From: a virus
Taxonomy: Duplodnaviria; Caudoviricetes
Direction: 5' to 3' (one strand)
DNA: 62,336 nucleotides
Virus record (IMG/VR): IMGVR_UViG_3300045972_000062
Location: 1 to 62,336 of that record
Below are positions 9,159 to 21,200 of the stretch, piece by piece. A model generated the notes under the pieces. It had not been told where the DNA came from. It did not search any database and worked only from the letters and a program-made list of their open reading frames with translations. Position 1 is the stretch's first letter. Every line of letters begins with the position of its first letter. The translations under genes and the position numbers were made by a program.

Positions 9159-10759
9159 TGGCAAAGAAACAATCATATGAAGAAATGCTAACTTCCTTTA
9201 TAAAAAGTAAGGGTAAAGTTCAGAAAAAAGCATCTGGAGGAGATATTTACGCTAAAAACATGTTAGAGTTCGGAGTTCAAGGAGCTTCTTTAGGAGCTTC
9301 CGTAGGTTCTGTAGTTCCTGTCGTTGGGACTTTATTAGGAGCAGCTATAGGTACCGGAGCTGGTCTTATTGGTGGCGGAATTAAGTCCGTTGTGGATGTT
9401 AGAGAGATGAACAAGTCTAAGTCAGAATACGATCAGGCAATTAAGAATATGATAAGTTTACAAAGACAAAATAGTCCTCAAGGAATCCAGCTTGCTGATG
9501 GTGGTTATGTTAACGGAGGAGGAACAGGAAAGTCTGATAGTATTAGTGCTAATATTAAGCCTAATAGTTTTGTAATACCGGTAGATACTCCGTATCCAAC
9601 TGAAGCTAAATTGCTAATGAAAGCTTTAGGAACTAACAATAAGCCGGCAAACTTAAATTCAGGTTCAGAGCCTGTAAAATTAAGCAAAGGTGAATTATTG
9701 GTTTCTGCAGAACAAAGAAGTGATGCTGAAAAGTTGTTATCCGGATTAGGTATTCAAGGAGGATTAGCTTCTTTGGCTCCTAATGCTAAAGTTGGTAATA
9801 AAAAGGCTGATGGAGGATTTTCGTTTTCTGACACTACTTCTTATGATCCTAATGATTATAACGAATGGAGAGCTAAAATATCTAAATTAAAACCTGATTA
9901 TTTTAATAAAAAATCAGAAGAAGATGCTTTAAATTCGTTTCAGGCTTATCAAGCAGAAAATCAAAAAGGACAGTTTTCCCCTCAAAACGCAGAAGGAGAA
10001 ACTAGAGCAGAAACTCCAACCCAAAAATCATTAGGAGAGTCGTTAATGTCTGGACTTAATCCTGACAAGAACTCTAAAGCTATTGATGTCCCTTATAATG
10101 GTTTTGGAAATGCTTCTGACAAATCAAATGCGATAGGTAATTCTGGAACTAATAAATCGGTTGGTTCAAATACTCCATCTTTAGGAACTATAGCTTCTAT
10201 TGGACAGGGAGTGTTAGGTGCGGCTAATTTACTATCAATGGATAAAGAGCCGAAAAGAGAAGTATCTCCTGAATTACGTACCCAATACGCTTCTGCATTA
10301 AAAGAAGCTCAGTACGGCATGACAAATGCTCAAAAGCAAGGAATACTACAAGATGTTGAAATGAACCGCAGAACGTCTTTAAATGCTCTTGTAAAATCAG
10401 GAGGAATAAGAAGTTCTCAAGATGCTTTAGCTAGAGCTATGGCAGTAGGACAGCAAGCAAATAGAGCTGCGTTAGATCTTAACGTAAAAGATGCTCAATT
10501 AAAAGCACAAAAACAGGCTAGAGTTGATTCTATGGCAGCAAGACTTGCCGGAGAAGAGTCTGCAGTTTATGGAGCCGGAGAACATAAATACGAAAGAGAC
10601 CAGAGAGCTTCTGGAGCTTTACTTCAGGCAGGAATAAACAATGTGGTGGAGATAGATAGACTTAAGCGTTTGACAAAGGATCCTGAAGCTTTAAAAGCTT
10701 ATTTGGATTTAATGGACAAACGAGGGCTTTCAAGAATGACAACAGGTAAAATAAATTAA
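9158..10759 (+). CDS. virion cargo/ejection protein
   Basis: Gly-zipper TM segment, repeated A(D/S)GG, GGGTGKSDSI motif; first gene after the muzzle. Confidence 0.7.
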   Translation: MAKKQSYEEMLTSFIKSKGKVQKKASGGDIYAKNMLEFGVQGASLGASVGSVVPVVGTLLGAAIGTGAGLIGGGIKSVVDVREMNKSKSEYDQAIKNMISLQRQNSPQGIQLADGGYVNGGGTGKSDSISANIKPNSFVIPVDTPYPTEAKLLMKALGTNNKPANLNSGSEPVKLSKGELLVSAEQRSDAEKLLSGLGIQGGLASLAPNAKVGNKKADGGFSFSDTTSYDPNDYNEWRAKISKLKPDYFNKKSEEDALNSFQAYQAENQKGQFSPQNAEGETRAETPTQKSLGESLMSGLNPDKNSKAIDVPYNGFGNASDKSNAIGNSGTNKSVGSNTPSLGTIASIGQGVLGAANLLSMDKEPKREVSPELRTQYASALKEAQYGMTNAQKQGILQDVEMNRRTSLNALVKSGGIRSSQDALARAMAVGQQANRAALDLNVKDAQLKAQKQARVDSMAARLAGEESAVYGAGEHKYERDQRASGALLQAGINNVVEIDRLKRLTKDPEALKAYLDLMDKRGLSRMTTGKIN

Positions 10760-10762
10760 TAT

Positions 10763-12478
10763 ATGGCACTAATGAGTTTTGGCATGGCTGAAGGGCTTGC
10801 GTATAAATACAAGGCAGATAAAGATGTTGCTTATTTTTCGGCACAGGAGAAAGCAAAGTCTTTAGCTAAAGATAAATTACTTAAAGAAACTCAATCTGAA
10901 TTGAAAGATTTTAAGATTAAGCCTTTGAATTTTGAATATAATGTCAATAGGATGAATTCTGAATATGAGAAGTCAGGAAAAGAGATTGGAGCTATTCTTA
11001 TGGATCCAACATTGGATCCTATTAGTAAGCAAATTCAGGTTAACCTTAAGAAGAACAATACAGAAAACCACCCTATTTATGCCGAAGATAAAAAGGTTAA
11101 AGAAGCTTATGGTAATTTATTGAAAGATATAGACGCTAGGGATATTACAGAAGAAGTAGGCTCTGCTCTTAAAGCTCAATTTGACCATTATGCTAAATTT
11201 GGTGGAGAAGCTCCGGATTATACACCAAGGCCTAAAGATACTTCATTAAAAGATGCTCAGGAAGTTGGTCATGGACTAAGAACTAGAGAGAGTGGAACTT
11301 TCTGGGGAACTCATGGAGTGTATGATACTACTTCTAGCACTAAATCTGTCCCAGATAAATCCATAGAAGACGCTACTTATGCCTTCTTAGCAGGAGCTGC
11401 AGGAGAGCAAAGAACAAAAAATTATAATGAATTAAGAGAAAAAGCAAAGCAGGAAGGAAATAAAGCATTTTTGGAATCTTTCCCTACAGATCATGAGTAT
11501 TGGAAAGCTATAATTAAAGAAGCTACTCCTGTAGATAAGCAGTATGCAGTTCATTCTGATCCTAACAAAAGAGGTTCAGGTAAATATCAAGGAATGGATG
11601 GAACTCCTTATAATCATGATATTTTAAGTGGAAATGGCTTGGGAGCTGACATTCAAAATCCTAAACTTAAATCATTTATTCTTAGAGATAAAAATGACTT
11701 CATGATGGTAGATGTAAATAATACCAATAAATATATGAACGAAGTTGAGATAAATACTGGTATTTTAGATCAAGATGGCAGTCCTCAGATTATGAAGATG
11801 CCAATTAAAGGGAATAAGATAAAAGTAGTAGGAGCGACTTCCGGGGAGTTCATTAAAGATGCTTTTGGTACTGGTGGAGGAATTGTAAACGGTAAAGTTA
11901 AGATTGATGCTTTAAATACCGACAAGAATCAGAAGTATCTAATTAACGTTCAGGATCCTAATACAGGAGCTTGGAGTAGAGAAACTTTAACTTACGATCA
12001 GATTACTAAGGGTAATTATAAAAACAGAATTTCAAAAGCAAAAGATCAAGCCGGAAGAGGATCTGAAGAGATGGATGCTGTATTCCATGTCAATTATTTA
12101 AATAGAGCAGGTATTGACGAGTATCATGGAGTTAGTTCTGGAAGTAAAAAAGATTTATATCCTCAGTCGTTATCTGCTCTGGAGCAGATAGAGTTAAATA
12201 TATATGATATTAATAGAAGAGCAAGAGAAAGGAGGTTGATTAATACGAAGCCTATTTCTGCTAATTCTTTAAAGCCAAACGCTACCACTACGACAAGATC
12301 TTCAGCCGCTGGCAATAGGGCTACTCCTTCTGCAAGTAATTCTAATTCTAAAACTGAGCCTTACCAAGCAGGAAAGTCTTATAAAAAGGGATCTAGAGTT
12401 ACTATATCTGGCAAAACTGTAACGTTAAAGGATAATGGTAAATGGAGTGATGGTAACCAAGACTACGATATAAAATAA
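10763..12478 (+). CDS. virion cargo protein
   Basis: 571 aa, hydrophilic, in cargo locus. Confidence 0.6.
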   Translation: MALMSFGMAEGLAYKYKADKDVAYFSAQEKAKSLAKDKLLKETQSELKDFKIKPLNFEYNVNRMNSEYEKSGKEIGAILMDPTLDPISKQIQVNLKKNNTENHPIYAEDKKVKEAYGNLLKDIDARDITEEVGSALKAQFDHYAKFGGEAPDYTPRPKDTSLKDAQEVGHGLRTRESGTFWGTHGVYDTTSSTKSVPDKSIEDATYAFLAGAAGEQRTKNYNELREKAKQEGNKAFLESFPTDHEYWKAIIKEATPVDKQYAVHSDPNKRGSGKYQGMDGTPYNHDILSGNGLGADIQNPKLKSFILRDKNDFMMVDVNNTNKYMNEVEINTGILDQDGSPQIMKMPIKGNKIKVVGATSGEFIKDAFGTGGGIVNGKVKIDALNTDKNQKYLINVQDPNTGAWSRETLTYDQITKGNYKNRISKAKDQAGRGSEEMDAVFHVNYLNRAGIDEYHGVSSGSKKDLYPQSLSALEQIELNIYDINRRARERRLINTKPISANSLKPNATTTTRSSAAGNRATPSASNSNSKTEPYQAGKSYKKGSRVTISGKTVTLKDNGKWSDGNQDYDIK

Positions 12479-12489
12479 TATATAAATAT

Positions 12490-15400
12490 ATGCCAGAATT
12501 AATTCCAGTACAGAAATCAACACCTAATGCTAATGAATCTGAACCTACATTAGTTCCGGTGTCAAAATCTTCTTCTGAGCCTAAATTAACTCCGGTTAGT
12601 TCTGGAGAAAATGATAGTTTGTCATTATATAAATCTTTACAGGAGAAAAATAAGCCTGCTACAGATAAGCCTTTTTATGAAACAGCTAAGGAAACTACGG
12701 CTGATAACTACACATTAAAAGGAGCTATGAAAGTAAAGGAGTCTAATGTAAATTCTTTTGCTAAAATAAGTAAGGTTAAGGCTAGTAAAGATGCGTTCGA
12801 GAAGGACTTGTTTACTTATGCCGACCAAATTCCTTTTGACGATATTATAAAAGAAAAGAAAGCATTACAAGGTGTTGCTGAGGAAAAACAAAGACAACAG
12901 TCTTTAAAAGCTAATCAAGAGATTCCTTTTTCTGAGAGAGCACAAAGAGAAGGTAAAGATGTTAGTATTGGGTCTACTTATTTTGAGTCTGATTCAGAAA
13001 AACAAGCTAGATTAGCTTCTAACAAAAGCAAGGAATTTGTAGATCTAGGTAAGGAAATTGCAATTTTAGAGAAGGCTAAGGCTCAAAACATGATGTTTAA
13101 GCAAAGAGCTGAAATTGAAACTAAATTTCCAAATAAAGATATTTATGAAAAGCATGAGGAGTTTTTAAAAAAATACTATCCTGAGCAATATGCTAAATAT
13201 ACTACATCTAATGATCCTTTAAATAAAGAAATTGCTTCTTTAGAAAAGAAACTTAACGATTATGACAAAGAGAATGTAAGAAAAGGAAAAGGGTTCGATT
13301 ATACTGCAGAAACGCTAGAGGAGCAAATTCGTGATCTTAAGATTATATCTCAGAAGAAAAGTCAAGAATTTTCAGTAAATGCTATAAACTCTAATTTAGA
13401 GTATTTATCAATGTCATCGACAAAGATGGAGACTCCTGAGTTAAAAGATAAGTTATCTGAATTAAGGAATGTATCTAATCAGCTAAAACCTATAGACAGT
13501 CAGCTCCTTAAATTAAAAAGAGATATTGAATTGGCTAGGTCTGTAAATAATGTAGAGAAGTATAATAAGTTAGTTGGTGAGTATAATAAAACTTACTCTT
13601 CGAATAAGTCGTTGATAGAAAAACATTCCGAATTAGTATCTAGTCCTGAATTATCTAAATATAATGAGATACAACAGGCGGCAAATGCGGCTCATGAGAA
13701 CTCTAAAAAAGAGTTAGAGAATATGCAATACTATTATCCTGAATTAGCTTCTCACAATAAGGTTCAGCAAGACAAAGCATTGACATTAGATAAGGCTTTT
13801 AAAGAAAGTCCTGCTTATAAATTTTGGTATGCTACTGGATCTGCTATATTTAAGAATGCTAATGAGTTAAGTCTTGGCATCTCTACTATACCTTCAACTG
13901 TTACTAATTTATTTGGAGATAGTTATGGAGTTACTGATAAATGGGCTGATTTGGCTACATTGCATAATGAAAAATTAGCTTCTGGAATTGTTTCAGGGAC
14001 TCCTAGCCCTATGGCATTATCTTTAGTTCATGACTTTGATATGTTAAAGGACAAGAACAAGGATTATAAAGTAATTGTAGATGCCGATGGTAAAGCTCAA
14101 ACAGTAAGAGATAAGCAAGGATATAAGATTAGTCCTGAATTAGAATCAGAGCTGATAGGAAGATATAATAATCTTAATGAAGACCAAAAGAATATTAAGA
14201 AGGATTACGATCTAAAAATGGGTGGTGTTAAAGCTGTAAATTCAGTAATGTACCAAGTTGCTCAAATGTACTCTTTCGGGGCGTTAGGTAATGGATTTTC
14301 AAAAGGAGCTAAGTTGGCTTCTATGATGAAAATGGGGGAGACTACTGCCGATGTTACTGGAATGATTGCTGCTAATTTAGTTATAGCTCATAAAGGCTAT
14401 TACGATCAAGCAATGTCAAATCCTAATATGGGTAAAAAGGAAGCTGCATGGTTTGCTTTGATGGCTTCTGGAGTTGAAGGGTTTTTAGAACGAATAAATC
14501 CTATGGAGCTAAATGCTTTTAGAGGAGGAGAAGCTAGTAAAGCTTTCTCTAATGTATTTGCGTCTAAATTGGCAGAAGGTTTAACTAAACAAGAAGCCTT
14601 TTCTTATGCCTTGTCAGGATTAGGCAAGAATATGAAAAAGGAAGTGTTTGAAGAAGTTCTTCAAAATTATGCCGTAGGAGTTACTGGAGAAGCTTTTAAT
14701 TTTGTGTTAAATAATGACAAATTAAACGCTATGCCTTCTGTTAATGAGACTATAGAAACTATTATTGTTACAGCGTTATCTACGGCTCCTATGGGCATTT
14801 CTCAAGCTGTTAGAGAAGGTCGTGTTTCTAGTATCGATAGAGACGCTATGTATGCTGTTACAGAGAAAGGTAATGAAGTAAAATATAACATGAGACTATC
14901 TAAAATGTTATCCGAAGGTAAAATCACTCAGGAACAATTTAGTTTAGCAAAAAGTCGTATTGAAAATATTAAAACTGCAAATTCTAAATTGCCGGTAGAC
15001 ATGGAAAGTAGCGAACGCTATTCCTTATTGCCGATAATGAATAGAAAGGTAGAGTTAGAGAATGAAATTAAATCTTTAGATCCGGCATTAAGAGTTAGGA
15101 AGAAAGCTGAGTTAGCTAGAGTAGATGCTATGTTAGTTAATAAGGTTGCTTCTATTGATAAGAAAAAAGAAGAAGAATCTTTAGCTGAACAACAATTAGC
15201 TACTGATACGGATATTTCGCCAACTACAACTGACGAGGTTACTTTAAATAAGCCGGAAGTGGATGTTAAGGTTGAATCTGAAGTTTCTACAGAGGAAGAA
15301 AAACCTAAATCTTCTCCTGAAGTAAAACGGGTAATTCCTAGAGTTAAGGCAAGACGTATAGAAAAGCAGTCTGAATCTGAGATTGAATCTAAGCAAGCTG

Positions 15401-16893
15401 AAATTATGACAGCTCAGGAGCAAGAGGTAGTTGCTGAATCTTCTGTAAAATCTAACAAGAAATATAGAGAAGCCGTAACTAAAGGCGAAATAAAAGAATT
15501 ACCTGATTATTCTAAGAAGAGTATTGAAAGCCTTCCTGAAGAAATTAAGCAAGAAGTTAAAGCCGACATTGAAGAAAAGAATGATATTACGTTAAAAAAT
15601 TATAGAGAACATATTGCTATTCGTGATTCTAAAATTCAGGCGGTAGCTGATGTTGTAAAAGCTACTCCAATTACTGAAGTTAAAGAAACCGGTCAGGAAG
15701 GGCTTATAGATAATATGGATTCGTTGGTAGATAGTGTTAAATCTAAACTTAAGAAGTCTGAGTTGCCAGAATTGCTATCTAATCATTATGCCGGAAAATC
15801 AATAAAAGCCATGAAGGCTGATCCTGTGTTTATGATTAAATCTCAGGGTCACTTAGAGAATATTATATCTAAATACAATTCAGCAAATGGAACTACTTTC
15901 GATGTTTCTAAAGCAGCTGATGTTAGATCTGTTCTTGAGGCTACATATACTGATAGAGTTATTGCTAGAGAGATAGAAAAAACTCAATCTTTATACGATA
16001 TGAATAAATGGGCTGAGAACGTATCTAAAGAGAAGTCAAATAAAGTAGATGCTAAACGATTTAATGTAAATGTTCTTTTGCCATTAAATTCAATTATAAG
16101 GAAATTTGTAAGTCAAGGCATTACTTCTCTAAAGCAAATAGCGTTAGAAATAAAAGAAGATACAGGAATAGATATTTCTACTATGCCGGAGTTCTTTTCT
16201 ATGTCAAATCTTTATCTTTCTTCCGGAGGTCTTAGGGTTAAGGGGTTATATATTGATATTTCTTATGAATCTAAAGCTAAAGCTAAGGTTTCTTCTAAAT
16301 TGAATCCAGAAAACAAGAAGGGCGTAGAAGTTGCTTCAAATTTAAAAACTAAGAAAGCAAAGTTAAATAAAGATAAAGTTGGAAAATCTTTTTCTGAAAA
16401 ATTAGCTTTAGAAATTGCGTTCGTAAAAGACATTACCGGATTAGATGTTTCTGAATTAATAGGAGCTAACATTAAGGCTTACGAGAAAGTTGAAGGGAAA
16501 CTTGTTGAAAGAGTTTTTGAATCTCCTAAATCTATGGATAAATTAATGTCAGATAAAATGCTATTTAATAAGAATGGTACTTTATTTACAGGAAATGCAA
16601 TATTGGCATCTATTCAAAGTAAGATTTCCAACAATGAAGAAGCGTTACCTCAGCAATTAGATAATATTATTACAGGAGGAAATGAATGGGGAGACAATCC
16701 TTCAATTACAGATAAAGTAGAGCCTAGTGAAATGATAGATAATGCTTCTGATTTAGAATCTGAAGGAGAAGAGATGAAGAAAGCTTGTAATCATATCCCT
16801 AAAGGAGGTATTGCTAATATTGAATCCGGAGAAGCTTTACGTAAAAAATTAATGGATAACGGAATTGAAGAGCGAGATGACAATGTGTTTTAA
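12490..16893 (+). CDS. large virion cargo protein
   Basis: 1467 aa, coiled coil plus Gly/Ala amphipathic helices (ExxEE motif) typical of podovirus ejection proteins. Confidence 0.65.
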   Translation: MPELIPVQKSTPNANESEPTLVPVSKSSSEPKLTPVSSGENDSLSLYKSLQEKNKPATDKPFYETAKETTADNYTLKGAMKVKESNVNSFAKISKVKASKDAFEKDLFTYADQIPFDDIIKEKKALQGVAEEKQRQQSLKANQEIPFSERAQREGKDVSIGSTYFESDSEKQARLASNKSKEFVDLGKEIAILEKAKAQNMMFKQRAEIETKFPNKDIYEKHEEFLKKYYPEQYAKYTTSNDPLNKEIASLEKKLNDYDKENVRKGKGFDYTAETLEEQIRDLKIISQKKSQEFSVNAINSNLEYLSMSSTKMETPELKDKLSELRNVSNQLKPIDSQLLKLKRDIELARSVNNVEKYNKLVGEYNKTYSSNKSLIEKHSELVSSPELSKYNEIQQAANAAHENSKKELENMQYYYPELASHNKVQQDKALTLDKAFKESPAYKFWYATGSAIFKNANELSLGISTIPSTVTNLFGDSYGVTDKWADLATLHNEKLASGIVSGTPSPMALSLVHDFDMLKDKNKDYKVIVDADGKAQTVRDKQGYKISPELESELIGRYNNLNEDQKNIKKDYDLKMGGVKAVNSVMYQVAQMYSFGALGNGFSKGAKLASMMKMGETTADVTGMIAANLVIAHKGYYDQAMSNPNMGKKEAAWFALMASGVEGFLERINPMELNAFRGGEASKAFSNVFASKLAEGLTKQEAFSYALSGLGKNMKKEVFEEVLQNYAVGVTGEAFNFVLNNDKLNAMPSVNETIETIIVTALSTAPMGISQAVREGRVSSIDRDAMYAVTEKGNEVKYNMRLSKMLSEGKITQEQFSLAKSRIENIKTANSKLPVDMESSERYSLLPIMNRKVELENEIKSLDPALRVRKKAELARVDAMLVNKVASIDKKKEEESLAEQQLATDTDISPTTTDEVTLNKPEVDVKVESEVSTEEEKPKSSPEVKRVIPRVKARRIEKQSESEIESKQAEIMTAQEQEVVAESSVKSNKKYREAVTKGEIKELPDYSKKSIESLPEEIKQEVKADIEEKNDITLKNYREHIAIRDSKIQAVADVVKATPITEVKETGQEGLIDNMDSLVDSVKSKLKKSELPELLSNHYAGKSIKAMKADPVFMIKSQGHLENIISKYNSANGTTFDVSKAADVRSVLEATYTDRVIAREIEKTQSLYDMNKWAENVSKEKSNKVDAKRFNVNVLLPLNSIIRKFVSQGITSLKQIALEIKEDTGIDISTMPEFFSMSNLYLSSGGLRVKGLYIDISYESKAKAKVSSKLNPENKKGVEVASNLKTKKAKLNKDKVGKSFSEKLALEIAFVKDITGLDVSELIGANIKAYEKVEGKLVERVFESPKSMDKLMSDKMLFNKNGTLFTGNAILASIQSKISNNEEALPQQLDNIITGGNEWGDNPSITDKVEPSEMIDNASDLESEGEEMKKACNHIPKGGIANIESGEALRKKLMDNGIEERDDNVF

Positions 16894-16924
16894 TATTTTT
16901 GTATCTTTATAAAAAATAAATAGC

Positions 16925-18217
16925 ATGAAAATAGTAGATTCTTTAGGAAATAAACTTGAACCTGTTAATTACAAGGATAAAACAATCTGTTTTTACGGAC
17001 ATGGAGCTGATTTAGCGTTAGCTGAATCTATGGTTGGAATCTTTGGTCGTGTATTATACTTCATGCCTTGGAAGGACGCTTTTCCTGCTTCTGTTAAAGC
17101 TAAGATTGGTTCCGGAATAAAAGGAATTGAAAGAATCGAACATTTCTTTGATTATATCGACCAGATTGACATTATAATTTTCGGAGACATATACGATGGC
17201 GACTTACAACTTCATCTTGAAAGTTTAGGCAAGAAAGTTTGGGGTAGTAGAAAGGCTGAGGATTTAGAAAATAAGCGTTATGAAACTAAAGTCATGATGC
17301 GAGATAAGTTAGGGATGGCTGTACAGCCTTTTAGGCGTATTGTAGGCTTTGAGAAGCTTTGTAATTATTTAAAAACAACAAAGGATCAATACGTAAAGAT
17401 AAACAACTACAGAGGAGATTGCGAAACATGGCATCATGAGAACTGGGAGCTTTCTGAACCTAAGTTAAATGAGATGGAATATGATATGGGAATCTCTAAA
17501 GATTTAGTAGAATTTGTCATTGAAGATTCATTGCCTAACAAGTGTGAAATCGGATATGATGGATGGTGTATTGACGGGAAATATCCTAATAGTCAACTTT
17601 GCGGAGTGGAAATTAAGGATGCTGGTTATTTAGGTAAATTTACTAAATATTCTGACTTGCCAAAAGAGATAACTTCAAGTAATGATAAATTTGCCAAAAC
17701 TCTTGCTAAGTTAAAATGCCGGTCTTTTGTATCTACCGAGATTCGAGTAGGTAAGGATAAAGTTCCTTACATGATTGATTATACAGCTAGAACTCCTCTT
17801 CCTCCGGGAGATATTTACACTAACATGTATAGTAATCTTGCCGATATTTTATGGTTTGGAAGTCAAGGAATTTGCATAGATCCAATAACCGAATATAAGT
17901 TTGGACTTATGCTTATTATTAAGTCTCATGAATCTATGAAGCATTGGACTAAGATTTCATTTCCTCCAAAATACAAAAAGAACGTAAAACTAAAATGCTA
18001 CATCATTCACAATGGAGAGTATTGGTTAGCTCCTTCAGGAATGGAAGAGATGGGATCTATTGTTTGTGTAGGTAATACTGTAGAAGAAGTTATTGAGGAA
18101 GCTAAAAAGATAGCTTGCGAGGTAAAAGGTTACGGCATAGAATGTCATACTCATGCTTTAGGTAAGGCTCAAGAAGAGATTAAGAAGTCAGAAGAATTTG
18201 GTATTAAATTATTTTAA
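16925..18217 (+). CDS. PurD (GAR synthetase)-like ATP-grasp ligase
   Basis: VWGS..AEDLENKRYETK, YVK, EFVIED..CEIG, YxIDxTxR motifs matching the ATP-grasp/GARS fold. Confidence 0.78.
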   Translation: MKIVDSLGNKLEPVNYKDKTICFYGHGADLALAESMVGIFGRVLYFMPWKDAFPASVKAKIGSGIKGIERIEHFFDYIDQIDIIIFGDIYDGDLQLHLESLGKKVWGSRKAEDLENKRYETKVMMRDKLGMAVQPFRRIVGFEKLCNYLKTTKDQYVKINNYRGDCETWHHENWELSEPKLNEMEYDMGISKDLVEFVIEDSLPNKCEIGYDGWCIDGKYPNSQLCGVEIKDAGYLGKFTKYSDLPKEITSSNDKFAKTLAKLKCRSFVSTEIRVGKDKVPYMIDYTARTPLPPGDIYTNMYSNLADILWFGSQGICIDPITEYKFGLMLIIKSHESMKHWTKISFPPKYKKNVKLKCYIIHNGEYWLAPSGMEEMGSIVCVGNTVEEVIEEAKKIACEVKGYGIECHTHALGKAQEEIKKSEEFGIKLF

Positions 18218-18226
18218 GTTATATAT

Positions 18227-21200
18227 ATGTCTACTATTATTTGCCCGAACCGTAAAAGCCCTGAGTGGGCTAATTTATTGCATAGCATAAAAACTGTATT
18301 TAAGATTAATGAAGATCAGAAGTATGCTCAAAACAGAGTAGAAAGCATTGCTTCTGCTTTGTGGAATAAATATGATGGAGAGGTTACCGAAGATATTGTA
18401 ATGTCAGAATATGAATCTATAGCTAACCCTAAATTGTCTGAGCTTTCTAATACTTTAGCTACTCATGAAGAGGTTGGAGTATTTAAGCAATTAGCAAAAG
18501 AGTTAGGTAAAGTTTTTAAGGGCGTTACTGTTAACTTTATGGCTATGGAAAGTAATAAGCCGGCAGAGAACATAGACTATGTAAGTACAAGGACTGATTA
18601 CGAAACTAAAAAACAAATAGAAACTATAAAAAGAGTTTTAGTTATTAACACTAATGAACTTAAGGCTAATTCTAAGATTGTATCTTTAGGTCATGTTTTG
18701 CTTAATACTAAAGAAGTTACAGCTCAATCTACGTATCAAAAAGATATAGAGTTGTTATTGAAAAAATCAGAAGAATTTAAAAAGTCATACGAGAAAAATG
18801 CCGGATCCAAATATTCAAAAGGAGATAGGTTAAATAAGCTTGCTGCAGATTCTGCTGTAATAGAGATGTTAGATAAATATACTGCTAAAATTATCTCTCA
18901 ACCAAACGGAGAATTAGCTCCATTGAGAAAGATTAGAAATAGCATGAATGAAACTTTACAAAAGATGTTAGAGAAACAGGGAGTAGATAGTGCTTCTGAG
19001 TTTACTATAGAATCGTCTATTGCAAGTTTTGCTAACATGCTTAAAGAGCAGAATGGTGAAGCTTATTTTGCTTCTCAAAATTCAGCTTGGGAATCTGTAT
19101 TTCATAAGGTAAATAAAGAAGGAGTTGAAGGTAGAGAAGTTTCTTCAGAAGAAGGATTTGCCGGAGGAGTGATAGAAGGAAGTGGAGGAAGAGAAATTAA
19201 CGTATTCTTTCAAGATGAATCTGATATGCTTGATGCTATTAGTGATTTCCCTAATGCTATTGCTGATATTATTGAGCCATCTGAAGATATGCCGTACTAT
19301 GTGTTATCTATAATTGCTCCTGAAGGATATTCTGCTGATAATAAATTTGAGTCTTTTCAAAATAATAAACAAAGTAAACTTGTGTATAAAGAAGGATCGT
19401 ACCAAAAGGTAGATTCCGAAGGAGATAGTTATGACGGTAAAAAATACACTACAGCTTCAAAAAAGGTAGGAGAGTTTGTTGAAGATTCCGCTGATAAAGC
19501 TGAAAATTTCAATAAAGCTTTTGATTCGGAAGTTAGAAAATTAAGAAATGCAACTAACGCCCAGAAGAATGATGAAGGTAAATTTGTAGATGAAAATGGA
19601 GAAGTATTACCTCTTCAGGATAAGGCAGCTTTAGCTTCAAGATATGGAGCTGTAAGAGCTGAGTTTTTGAAAGATTACGAATCTAAAACTAATGAGAATT
19701 ACAGCAAGGGATATAGCGTTATTCATTCTTTAATGAAGTTGTTTTATACTCCAATGATTGATACTGATGTTATCAAATCTCATTTGTCTAGTAAGATTAA
19801 AAACGAAGAAGTTCTTTCTGATTTCTCGGATCAATTAGCAGATGTTATTGATAAATATGGCAAGTCGTCAGGAGGTAAGATTCTAGCTACGGAGTTAAGT
19901 TTTATTGACAAGGAAGCTTTGATTGCCGGCAGATCTCATTTAGTGGTTCAAGAAACGGTGGCTGGGAAGAAGATTACTAAGATGATTAAATTCAAAGTCA
20001 TGCCGGACGCTTATTTTACTGATGGTAAGATTAATGATAAATATACTACGAGTCTTCGTGATAAGCTTTTTAAGAATCCATTAAGAACAGTAAAGGCTTC
20101 GATGTCTAATAAAGATGAAATAGAATTAGGGTTGGAAGCTAATGCTATTTCTAATGGCACTCAATTTACTATTCAGGAGATTGAAATTATTCCTATATTA
20201 ATTAACTTTGATAACAAAAATGAGATTTCATCATTAAAAATAGCTGAAAATATAAAGGTTAAACATGATTCTTCTTCTAAAGATAGAGTAGAAAGAGTTC
20301 GGTCTCATGTGCAAAGAATCGAAAAACTTTATGAAGATAATATTGTAGCTGAGATTAAGTATGATGATAAAATGAATCCTGAATACGTTTCTCGAATGAA
20401 GGAAGCTGTAAGGTCATTAATGGGAGCCTTTGGCACTAAAAAGCTATCTGATATAAGTTTAGAAATGTTTAATTCGGCTTTAACCGAGGAGGGTAATAAT
20501 TTCAAGGGAATACTTATAGATTATCTTGGATTTACTATTGAGGATATTGAAAAGAAAGGGGTAGCAGAGACATTATCTGCTTTTGGATTAGGGGTTCCTA
20601 AAAACGAAGTAGCAGATCATGCAGGATTTCTTTCTAAAGTTAAAAATACCGTAACTAAATTAGCTAAAGATGCTAAGGGTAATGTTATTAAAACATTTAC
20701 TGGAAAAGATTTAGTGATAACTGTTAAATCTAATGATCCAGAATTAATGTTGGCTGCCGATAAGAAGGCTGTAGACGAGATTATGAAAGATTTAGAAAAG
20801 GAGCTTAGTAAGGTTCCTGGAACCGTTATCGATAAGTTGAATAATTTCATAACCAATGAAAAGTTGTTATTGAAGTATAATGATTTACTACAACCATTTA
20901 GTGCTGATGTAAAATGGCATTATACTGACACTATTCATAAAGCATTATTTGTTCAGACTTTATTTAAAGATTTTGTAAGAGAGAACAAAGAAGGATTTAA
21001 GTATGCTAGATTAGCTACTATGCTTGTTGCCGATGCCGTAAAAACTGGAGCATTCCAGATTAATGATTTCAACTATAAGCTAGGCAAGGTGGCGGCTAAT
21101 TTCATTCTTGACAGAATGATCGGAGATGATAAAATGTTAATCCAATACCTTAACAATAAAAAGGGAGAAGCTGCTTATCGTCATATAAATAAGGTAAATG

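Noticed and set aside
16925-18217. Calling this gene purD (auxiliary purine synthesis)
   Set aside because: The PurD N-terminal signature is missing and the context is virion cargo; only the fold is supported.
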